Positions 39,941 to 47,796 of a DNA stretch of 58,216 nucleotides are shown in pieces. Position 1 is the first letter of the stretch; every line of letters starts with the position of its first letter. The stretch is from positions 1 through 58,216 of the IMG/VR virus record IMGVR_UViG_3300042887_002068. One strand, written 5' to 3'. Source of the stretch: a virus (lineage: Duplodnaviria; Caudoviricetes). The notes under the pieces are model-generated. The model ran no database searches, had not been told where the DNA came from, and saw only the letters and a program-made list of their open reading frames with translations. The position numbers were made by a program, and so were the translations under genes.

Positions 39941-39974
39941 TAGACTATATACTGGTGTATATTTGTCAAGGGCA

Positions 39975-40421
39975 TTATAACAGTTTGTGTGTCTTTGGTC
40001 TTTGCTCCTCAATCTTCAGTTTAGGAAGATCAACTTTTATTGTTCCGTTTGTGAAGTCGGCTTTGATCTTATTTTTGTCAATGCCTTCGCCCACGCTGAA
40101 CGAGCGTGTGAAACTAGAACGCTTAATTTCTTTATATAGGTACTTTCCTTTAGTTGTGTTTTCATTGTTAGTTTTTTTACCTCCTCGTATTACAAGCGTG
40201 TCGCCTTCAAGATCTACAGAAACATCTTCCTTGCTTAATCCAGCAACATCCGCTTCAAGAACATACTTGTCATCATATTCAACAACATCTACTTTTGGGT
40301 AACTGTGCTTGGTATAAGATCCAGCGTAAGGTGTTACGCCGAAACTGTTGAAAACATCGTCAAATAGACGATCAAATGGGGTGAGAAACTCATCCCGTGT
40401 ATATCTGCTTAGTGTACTCAT
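39975..40421 (-). CDS. Small heat-shock protein (Hsp20/alpha-crystallin)
   Basis: YPKVDVVE...LEADVAGLSKEDV...SSFTRSFSV...IKADFTNGTIKVDLPK. Confidence 0.95.
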   Translation of the reverse strand: MSTLSRYTRDEFLTPFDRLFDDVFNSFGVTPYAGSYTKHSYPKVDVVEYDDKYVLEADVAGLSKEDVSVDLEGDTLVIRGGKKTNNENTTKGKYLYKEIKRSSFTRSFSVGEGIDKNKIKADFTNGTIKVDLPKLKIEEQRPKTHKLL

Positions 40422-40478
40422 ATGTTTGTATCCTTTGTTTATATCGGCCCCGTTATGGGCACCGATGGCACATATATA

Positions 40479-40495
40479 TGCAAACTGCGTGCCAA
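40479..40495 (-). promoter_or_regulatory. Sigma54 (-24/-12) promoter of hsp20
   Basis: TTGGCAC-GCAGT-TTGCA, an exact TGGCAC-N5-TTGC consensus about 60 nt upstream of the ATG. Confidence 0.8.
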
Positions 40496-40528
40496 CTGCT
40501 TTGTCACACTGTTTACCTATGAAGACAC

Positions 40529-40553
40529 AAAAAAGAGCACCAAACTGGTGCTC
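40529..40553 (-). terminator. Intrinsic terminator after the HD gene
   Basis: GAGCACCA-GTT-TGGTGCTC-TTTTTT on the minus strand. Confidence 0.8.
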
Positions 40554-40583
40554 CGTTTTGTCACACGCTTGAGACTAGGTGTC

Positions 40584-41258
40584 TCAACTTTCTCGCTTCG
40601 CAACGTCGTGTTCAGCGTTGCAGGCCATATAGTCTGCAACGTGAATAAGACGAGCAAGATTGTTCTTTAGACCCTTTTCTGGGTCATAAGTCTTCAGATA
40701 AAATTCAGCCGCTTCATCATACATTCCATCAGACAACTTGATCGCCAATGTTTCTTTCCAAGTAAGCACAATACCAAACCGCTGTAGATTGTATAATGCT
40801 CTATCCGTAACTCTCCAGAACTGATTTTTTGTGTTATTCTTAAAGAGCAATCCCTGCTTATTCATGGACCATTCGTCTGTATTGGGAATATAATATGGCC
40901 CAGTTTCATCGCCAAGTTTCCCCAAATCGTGGTGAAGTGCCGCCATAATACGCTCCTCTTCTGTATAATCAATCTCGCCGCCAAGAGTTTCATAAAGCTT
41001 CTGCACTCCGCGACTTGCACGTTCTACATCAAGTACGTGATGAATATATCCTCCGATATAAGCATTATGATAATTCTTTTTTCCAGAAGCGGGGGCAGTT
41101 GCCAGTTGTAATCCAAGATTATTCTCGGCGTACATATTCAACAACTTTTCAAGTCTATCTCCGCTAAACTTTTCCTTCAAAAATTCAAGAAAGTATTCGT
41201 AATTTTCCTGAACTTGATTTTCTGTCAAATCTGAACCTGTATGTAGTGTTTTATTCAT
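40584..41258 (-). CDS. HD-domain phosphohydrolase (YhaM-like HD)
   Basis: HNAYIGGYIHHVLDV, ALHHDLGK, IHVADYMA. Confidence 0.88.
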   Translation of the reverse strand: MNKTLHTGSDLTENQVQENYEYFLEFLKEKFSGDRLEKLLNMYAENNLGLQLATAPASGKKNYHNAYIGGYIHHVLDVERASRGVQKLYETLGGEIDYTEEERIMAALHHDLGKLGDETGPYYIPNTDEWSMNKQGLLFKNNTKNQFWRVTDRALYNLQRFGIVLTWKETLAIKLSDGMYDEAAEFYLKTYDPEKGLKNNLARLIHVADYMACNAEHDVAKRES

Positions 41259-41273
41259 AAATGATATGAATAC

Positions 41274-41301
41274 AACATAGCATCTAAATCAGAATCGTCA
41301 A
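41274..41301 (-). promoter_or_regulatory. Sigma70-like promoter TTGACG-N16-TATGTT (extended -10)
   Basis: Same geometry as the other early promoters. Confidence 0.6.
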
Positions 41302-41312
41302 TTTATAATAAA

Positions 41313-43010
41313 TCAACACTCTTTTCGTATTTCTTTGGAGTAATGATACACTCTATTATGATTTACTAATGATGCCATAAGTACTGCACTACGCAGTCTT
41401 CCTTTTTTCATTGTTTGATATGCGTGGCTCATGATAGTTTGCTCAAACGGAGAAGCATATACCGTTTCAAGAAATACCTTATAATTTCCCGCCTTTGTCA
41501 TCACACTTGGCCAATTGCTATAATATACATCGCCAATCAAATAACTTACGCCATCTATGCAGCCTGAATTTTTCCATTTCATTCTATGTGTACCATCTGG
41601 GAAATATTTGTTTTTTACATTCTGTGGCACATTGTGCCATGCCCATTGCTTGTGATGATCGCCAAAAAATTCACTGAATGAAATTTTTATAAAGTCCAAT
41701 TTTTCTTCTTCAACGATATTGATGCATTTATCCACCCAGTTGTCTATATGCATATTCAGTCCATTTTTACATAACACATTCTTATCCTGCATAAGCATAT
41801 CATCTTCAAACCATATGATATATTTTGACCCACTATCGTGAAAATGCTGTGCTGCCCACTGACGTGCTCCGCATACGCCCATATTTCCTTTACGTATCAA
41901 TTCAAATCCATACTTCTTGGCAATATCATCAAATGCTGGTTTGGTTGTTTCGTCCGTGCTATTATCTATAAGATATTTGTTGTTTATACGCAACAATTCT
42001 GGATTATATTTTTCCATACTATCTATCAATAGCAATAGTTGCTGTGGCAAATTAAAGCAGGTGATATACAAGTTTACTCCCTTGCCCGACTTGTTCATGG
42101 CAACTTCTTCTTCGCTTTGAAAATACTCAATATCCTCTGGAACGTCTTGTTTTGGTATGCTTATTTCATACTTCGGAACTGGCATCTGCTTTACTCTTTC
42201 AAAAAATGTTGAAACCAGCCCGTTTCCTTCTATCATTTCTATATTGGTCAATTCTGGGCAAAGGTATGTAATAAGCGTGAAAATACTTTCTTCTGTGCCC
42301 ATATATCCTTCACTCAACGTATTGTTTAGAAGATTATAGTATATTCCATTTATCTGTGATAATACTTTCTTGTTTCCGCCAAAAAATCCTCCTCGCGCAA
42401 CACGGTTTACTTTTGCGTTTGCGTATCTGTTCATTGCATCAATCTTGAAGCCGTGTATCTCGCTGGTTGTTTCGTATGGATAGCAAACGAACAAGAACTT
42501 CTTCAACATCGGCTCTAATTTTTGAATCACGTTGTCGTGACTAAAATAGCCAGGATGCACCGTCTGGGTAAGGCCAGCATCTATCCAGCAATAATTTTCA
42601 GAATCAAACGGGTTGAAAATTGCTGCGTCGTTTAACAAGAACATCTTGCTCATTACAAGCGGGTTATATAATTCAAGTTTTGCTTGCGTTGACTCTGCCA
42701 GCCATCCTACTTGATTGTACCAATTGGGATCTTGACGTATTTTATTTACTTTATCATACAGACTAAACCACGTTCTGAAATCTTCGGGTTTTTTAGTACG
42801 AACGTCTGTGCCAACGGACCCTTCTCTTGCTTTTAAGACAAAATCGACGTGCGACTCATCCACATACACTAATATCGGTGTGTTTTTACACGCACGCAAT
42901 AGTTTATCAAAGTGCTGAAGATATTGACTAAATGGACGCTTGAATCCAGTATCCATTTCTCCACGCTTCAAATCAAATAGTCCTGTCACCAATGTTGTAT
43001 TATAGTTCAT
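41313..43010 (-). CDS. HtrL/YibB(WlaTC)-family glycosyltransferase fused to a GT-A (GT2-like) domain
   Basis: TTLVTGLFDL, SKMFLL..A..NPFDS..CWIDAG, GGFFGG, GTEE; second domain LIDNS...NMGVCGAR...WFEDD. Confidence 0.8.
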   Translation of the reverse strand: MNYNTTLVTGLFDLKRGEMDTGFKRPFSQYLQHFDKLLRACKNTPILVYVDESHVDFVLKAREGSVGTDVRTKKPEDFRTWFSLYDKVNKIRQDPNWYNQVGWLAESTQAKLELYNPLVMSKMFLLNDAAIFNPFDSENYCWIDAGLTQTVHPGYFSHDNVIQKLEPMLKKFLFVCYPYETTSEIHGFKIDAMNRYANAKVNRVARGGFFGGNKKVLSQINGIYYNLLNNTLSEGYMGTEESIFTLITYLCPELTNIEMIEGNGLVSTFFERVKQMPVPKYEISIPKQDVPEDIEYFQSEEEVAMNKSGKGVNLYITCFNLPQQLLLLIDSMEKYNPELLRINNKYLIDNSTDETTKPAFDDIAKKYGFELIRKGNMGVCGARQWAAQHFHDSGSKYIIWFEDDMLMQDKNVLCKNGLNMHIDNWVDKCINIVEEEKLDFIKISFSEFFGDHHKQWAWHNVPQNVKNKYFPDGTHRMKWKNSGCIDGVSYLIGDVYYSNWPSVMTKAGNYKVFLETVYASPFEQTIMSHAYQTMKKGRLRSAVLMASLVNHNRVYHYSKEIRKEC

Positions 43011-43011
43011 A

Positions 43012-44613
43012 TCAACGTTTTTTTATAAATACATTTTCCACAATTAACCCATCCATGCGAGTATTATCAAACACGTTAAATGCTTCTTTGATGGTGGACA
43101 ATACTGGCTTACCATTTACATTAAAGCTTGTATTAAGAAGCACGCCAATGCCATTTATTTTTTTGACTTCTCCAATTAAATCATATAACCACGGATTTAC
43201 TTCTCTTCGCAAGGTCTGCACTCTTGCAGTTTCATCTACGTGTGTTATTGATTTTAGTTTTTCCTTATACTCAGTTCTTACTTTGAACGCAAAGCTCATA
43301 TAAGGAGATTCTTGTAGCATTTCGAAGTATTGGTCCGCGTCCTCATATCTCACTACGGGAGCAAACGGTCTATACCATTCTCTGTTTTTAACTTTCGCGT
43401 TTAGTATGTCTTTCATTTGAGGAAAGCTTGGATCGCATATGATACTTCTGTTCCCCAACGCTCGTGGCCCGTGTTCGGCATTTCCTCGTGCGACACCAAC
43501 AATCTTTCCGTCGCAAATATATTTGGCAAGTGTATCAAGATTTACATCGTGAGTTATATCGCACGTATACGAATGCTCGTAAATGTAATATCCAATAGAA
43601 TCTATATCCAAAAGCGGCATACCGGAGTAAATTAATTCAACGGGCTTTTCTGGTTTTAATACATGAAGAATTCCTCCCGCTGCCAACCCACAATCACTTG
43701 GGTTAGGTGGAATAAACATATTTCTGTTGTATCTCTTTTTTATTTCCGTGTTTAGCAATACATTAAGTGCACACCCACCCGTCATTCCTATTGCATAATC
43801 TGGGTATTTCTTGATATGTTCATCAACAACTTCAAAAAATACATCTTCAAATGCCTTTTGTGAAGTGGCGGCAATATCATATGCCATTTGACCATCAATT
43901 CTATCTTTTGCACTAAAAATTATTCCCGTTTTTGCACTTAGCTCTGCGATTTTTTCCTGTATGTTTTTTGTGTATACCTTGATTTTATAAAAATCCTTGA
44001 AGGCATTAAGCCATTCTGTTCTTATGGTTCCATACCCACACAATCCCATCAATTTTCCGCTATACACAAGATTGCCATCATCAAACCCAGATTCTTGTCT
44101 TATTGGTTTCAGATAGTGACCAAAAGTCATATATGCACCCATATCATATTCAGCAGAAAACAACAATTTTGGTGGCTGCTGTTTGCTTTCACACGCATAT
44201 CCGTTGAAAAATCCATCATTTCCACCGCCGTCAAATGATATTATTACCATTTTTTCATATGGCGATTGATAATATGTTCCAACCGTATGCAAATAATGGT
44301 GAGTTAAATCGTGTAATGGCTGCTTGTGTGGAATATTGTCTTCGTATTTTACATATATGCTTTCGCCGTTTATTACATTAACTGAATGAGAATAGCTGGT
44401 GACACAGGTATCAAACATTTCTATTCCATATCTACGCTTGATATATTCACATATTTGCTTTACGTGTATGTCTCCGACTGGAATAGATTTATACTGACTA
44501 ATTCCAGAATTTTTATATCCGTTGAATCTTTCTGCTTCAACTACATAAATTTTATCGCCTATATTAAATGCTATTGCACCGTTGTGGGAGCCGTGGATTG
44601 AAACTGTTTTCAT
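43012..44613 (-). CDS. O-carbamoyltransferase (NodU/CmcH/TobZ family)
   Basis: EAER, HHYLH, DGGG, GKLMGL, GGCALN, EHGPRALGNRS, KNREWYRPFAP, HVDETARVQ, LLNTSFN. Confidence 0.93.
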   Translation of the reverse strand: MKTVSIHGSHNGAIAFNIGDKIYVVEAERFNGYKNSGISQYKSIPVGDIHVKQICEYIKRRYGIEMFDTCVTSYSHSVNVINGESIYVKYEDNIPHKQPLHDLTHHYLHTVGTYYQSPYEKMVIISFDGGGNDGFFNGYACESKQQPPKLLFSAEYDMGAYMTFGHYLKPIRQESGFDDGNLVYSGKLMGLCGYGTIRTEWLNAFKDFYKIKVYTKNIQEKIAELSAKTGIIFSAKDRIDGQMAYDIAATSQKAFEDVFFEVVDEHIKKYPDYAIGMTGGCALNVLLNTEIKKRYNRNMFIPPNPSDCGLAAGGILHVLKPEKPVELIYSGMPLLDIDSIGYYIYEHSYTCDITHDVNLDTLAKYICDGKIVGVARGNAEHGPRALGNRSIICDPSFPQMKDILNAKVKNREWYRPFAPVVRYEDADQYFEMLQESPYMSFAFKVRTEYKEKLKSITHVDETARVQTLRREVNPWLYDLIGEVKKINGIGVLLNTSFNVNGKPVLSTIKEAFNVFDNTRMDGLIVENVFIKKR

Positions 44614-45284
44614 TTTCTAAATTCGGTTGCAAATTCCGCATAGGTGGACGTTGTATAATAATGATATGTAGTTTTTCTCTTTAGTAGATCGGAAAAATCT
44701 TCAACGGGCCATCCGTGATTTATAAGAATTGGATACGAGGATATGAAATTTCTGGTTTTTTGCAGAGTCGTATAATAATAATGATCCAATTGATCATACT
44801 TTTCATATGACCAATTAAGAATATCTTGGTACATACTTTCTTTTACGACCAGCGCGTGCGCCGATTTGGCAGATTGAATCTTTCCTACATTTTCGTCCAA
44901 TTTTACCAACGGAGAATGTAATATTGTACCAAAAAACATTGCATCCCAATTTATTTTTTCGGATTGCTCCAAAAATTTCAAAACGGTGTCTTTGTATGGC
45001 AAATGATAATCTCCAATTCCAGTGGATGGTGGATCCATCACATAAAAATCATCTTCACATATAAACACAGATTTCCATCCACGAGATATGGCAATGCGTA
45101 CAATTTCTTTGTGCGCTTCTCCACATCCCGCATACTCACCTTTTACTATTCCCGGCATCCTTTCCATACCAGAAATTTCAAACTTAGCAAATTGGTCTTC
45201 ACATTGCTTCTTGCGATCAGTGCGATGATCCATATTGATATAAAACCCACCATCCGCTACTTTTTTATTGTAAAATGTGATCAT
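44610..45284 (-). CDS. Glycosyltransferase family 25-like
   Basis: YINMDHRTDR, GCGEAH, ICEDD, SAHALVV. Confidence 0.85.
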   Translation of the reverse strand: MITFYNKKVADGGFYINMDHRTDRKKQCEDQFAKFEISGMERMPGIVKGEYAGCGEAHKEIVRIAISRGWKSVFICEDDFYVMDPPSTGIGDYHLPYKDTVLKFLEQSEKINWDAMFFGTILHSPLVKLDENVGKIQSAKSAHALVVKESMYQDILNWSYEKYDQLDHYYYTTLQKTRNFISSYPILINHGWPVEDFSDLLKRKTTYHYYTTSTYAEFATEFRK

Positions 45285-46585
45285 AGATGTCCAACAATTC
45301 TATCTCCCCAGTTCTTAGATTGACTATGTGGCCACACAACCCAATGATGCGGCTTTTCTGATGTGTTGAATGTTCTCCAAAGCTTGATATATTTATCTCC
45401 TTTTGGATCTCTTGCTTCTTTCAATAATCTGTCTATTTCGGCTTTGTCCGCATCTTGTCTATGTATCACCGAGTTATCTTCTCGCTCAAACGCAACGCAC
45501 CAAAAATCATAATCATCCAGTTTAAACCCGTTAATCGGTAGATCTATACAATGCTTGAATATTTGCAAGAATGAATCTTCCCATTCTTTTTCAGTTTTGT
45601 ATTTGTGATATTTGTTGGGAGGGTATGCTTTGTCTATTGTTTCTTGTTGAACCGCACGTTTTCCAAAATGTAACCCTGCATACTTTTCATAATCTCTCAA
45701 CGTTCTGACTTTTCCAAATCCATATTTGCCCCATTTTATGGTTTCGTGTTTTTCGCCATCCATAGAGAACAATATACGATTGCGTCGATGGCACAAATGA
45801 TTTCTTTCTCCCCAATCTTTTTTGTCTGGAATTTTACTGGTATTTCCCGCACCGTGGTCGTCCCAATGCTTTGTTCTTCCTTTACGAGTATATTCGTGCC
45901 AAGCAACTAACCCGTGTGGATGAAACAAATCATATCCCCAAGTAAATGCACGCACTGCAATACTTATCTCTTCACCGTGAAAATAATATTCAGGATCATG
46001 TGGAACTTCTTTACAAAACTTTCCGGTTGTAAATGCAAAATGTGCAGAATAAAACCTAGCCGGAACAGGAGCGGAAAGTTCTTTCCAGTTATCTATAGAA
46101 GCTGGCAAAAAGAATACAGCACCTTCTGGAATAAATCTATCAAAATCCATTCTCCAAGGAGTTTGTACTCTTGCTTCCGGATCTTTGTCTGGATCAAACG
46201 AAGGAATATATCCAGTAAGTAATGGCTTCTTGTGTCCCATTTTTTGCAGTTGTTTATACATTCCAATAATCACTTCGTCCCAGTCTTTAACAAAACGATG
46301 ATGTGAATCTAATTGCAATGTATATTCTTCATCTTCATACCGCTGTTGTATTTGATTACGTGCCCAACAAGCACCTTTACTTTCCATATATGGAATATCA
46401 ATAATTTTTACACTTGGAAGATCTTTGATCTCGTCAATTTTTTCTTCCGGTGAATGTTGCCAAGCAATACAAAAAACAAGATTTTCTGGATGCTTTGCAT
46501 TTGCTATGCAGTCCTTTATTGTAGGAACTAGTTGAGGATCACGATAGGCCGCTATTTGTATGAAGATTTTTCCATTAGAACTCAT
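45281..46585 (-). CDS. GT60-like polypeptide alpha-N-acetylglucosaminyltransferase (Skp1-Hyp/mucin GlcNAc-T family)
   Basis: IFIQIAAYRD, AKHPENL, SKGACWAR, YTLQLDSHHRFVKDWD, VPHDP..FHGEE, RAFTWGYD, WHEY. Confidence 0.88.
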   Translation of the reverse strand: MSSNGKIFIQIAAYRDPQLVPTIKDCIANAKHPENLVFCIAWQHSPEEKIDEIKDLPSVKIIDIPYMESKGACWARNQIQQRYEDEEYTLQLDSHHRFVKDWDEVIIGMYKQLQKMGHKKPLLTGYIPSFDPDKDPEARVQTPWRMDFDRFIPEGAVFFLPASIDNWKELSAPVPARFYSAHFAFTTGKFCKEVPHDPEYYFHGEEISIAVRAFTWGYDLFHPHGLVAWHEYTRKGRTKHWDDHGAGNTSKIPDKKDWGERNHLCHRRNRILFSMDGEKHETIKWGKYGFGKVRTLRDYEKYAGLHFGKRAVQQETIDKAYPPNKYHKYKTEKEWEDSFLQIFKHCIDLPINGFKLDDYDFWCVAFEREDNSVIHRQDADKAEIDRLLKEARDPKGDKYIKLWRTFNTSEKPHHWVVWPHSQSKNWGDRIVGHL

Positions 46586-46594
46586 ATAACATTT

Positions 46595-46624
46595 AATTTA
46601 CTATATTCTTGTATATATACAAGA
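46595..46624 (-). promoter_or_regulatory. Promoter TTGTAT-N16-TAAATT overlapped by an 18-bp perfect palindrome
   Basis: TCTTGTATATATACAAGA at 46607-46624, just upstream of the GT60 ATG. Confidence 0.45.
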
Positions 46625-46638
46625 TATAATAAATAATT

Positions 46639-47433
46639 TTAACAAGATCTTGCAGATAAATATGCTGTACCCGATGCGTTCCTAGTTATAATATAACCGC
46701 ATGTTAAATTGGTGTATGTTCCGCCAGGTACACGATTAATAAGTATGAAATATTGTTCCTCTCCAACTTGGTTAATGTAATAAAATTCTATTACTCCATT
46801 AATACCAGCAACAGCATCAATTTGTTTTGTAGGCAGCAATCCATTGCCAAAATTTGCGGTAATTACAACATTATCAAATGTTGCAAACCCCGTTGCAACT
46901 GGATTAAACAAGCGTGGGTTAGATAATACCACCTCTTCTGGTGCAGTCCAATTTATTAAATGGGAGTTGGCTGCGGGAATTGCTTGTAGCTGCATTTCTC
47001 CAGTTCCGTCATTTGTTATCTGCCCAGTTGGACTGTCTCCATCTATTCTTGATACCGTTCCGTTTCCATTTGCAACGATTGTATATTGAATTTCCGTTTT
47101 AAATGGCGTGCTTGTTGGCGTCGGGGTAGGTGTTCTCGAACTACCCATCGCGGAGGTTGGAGTTATCGTTGGAGTGATTGAAATTGTAGGCGTGGCAGTA
47201 GGAAACGCAGAAGGTTGTGGAGATGGAGTTCTTGACACAATTGGAGTTTTAGATGGTGTAATAGACACCGTTTGTGTTGGAGTTGGAGTGGGTGGTATTT
47301 CTTTCCATCCAATGTTTTTGCTATCATCCGAAACTTTTACGTATAATTTTCCATCATCCGTTGTTATGTCATTTCCTTGCAGACCAAAAACGGAAGAATT
47401 TGGATTTCCGTGAATAACAATTTTTTCTTGCAT
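46639..47433 (-). CDS. Mucin-like (Pro/Thr/Ser-rich) virion accessory protein with a C-terminal beta-sandwich
   Basis: N-domain GNPNSSVFG...KLYVKVSDDSKNIGW; ~65-aa TPTP tract; InlB B-repeat-like AIPAANSHLINW...ITANF. Confidence 0.75.
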   Translation of the reverse strand: MQEKIVIHGNPNSSVFGLQGNDITTDDGKLYVKVSDDSKNIGWKEIPPTPTPTQTVSITPSKTPIVSRTPSPQPSAFPTATPTISITPTITPTSAMGSSRTPTPTPTSTPFKTEIQYTIVANGNGTVSRIDGDSPTGQITNDGTGEMQLQAIPAANSHLINWTAPEEVVLSNPRLFNPVATGFATFDNVVITANFGNGLLPTKQIDAVAGINGVIEFYYINQVGEEQYFILINRVPGGTYTNLTCGYIITRNASGTAYLSARSC

Positions 47434-47436
47434 AAA

Positions 47437-47793
47437 TTATATAGAAAATTCCGGTTCACTCGAACTTGGGGTGACAGTTGGAGTTCTGGTCGGAGTCACA
47501 GATATTGTCGGGGTTACGGTTATGGTTGGAGTAACAGTACTTGTTATACTCGGAGTAGGAGTAGTAGTAGAAGATGGAGTTGGAGATAATGGAACCGTGG
47601 CAGATGGAGTGGGTGTTGGAGTAGGTGTCGGAGTCAATGTACTATTATCTTGACCAACATATGTCCATCCAATATTTCTGCTATCATCTTTGTATTTTAT
47701 ATATAAATTTCCATTGTCCGATCCGAGCAATGAACCAATTATACCGAACACGGATTTTTCTGGATTTCCTCTGGGTGGAATGCTTCTTCTCAT
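47437..47793 (-). CDS. Mucin-like protein, paralogue of the 46639-47433 N-terminal domain
   Basis: GNPEKSVFG...NLYIKYKDDSRNIGW followed by about 60 aa of almost only T/P/S/V/I. Confidence 0.75.
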   Translation of the reverse strand: MRRSIPPRGNPEKSVFGIIGSLLGSDNGNLYIKYKDDSRNIGWTYVGQDNSTLTPTPTPTPTPSATVPLSPTPSSTTTPTPSITSTVTPTITVTPTISVTPTRTPTVTPSSSEPEFSI

Positions 47794-47796
47794 TTT

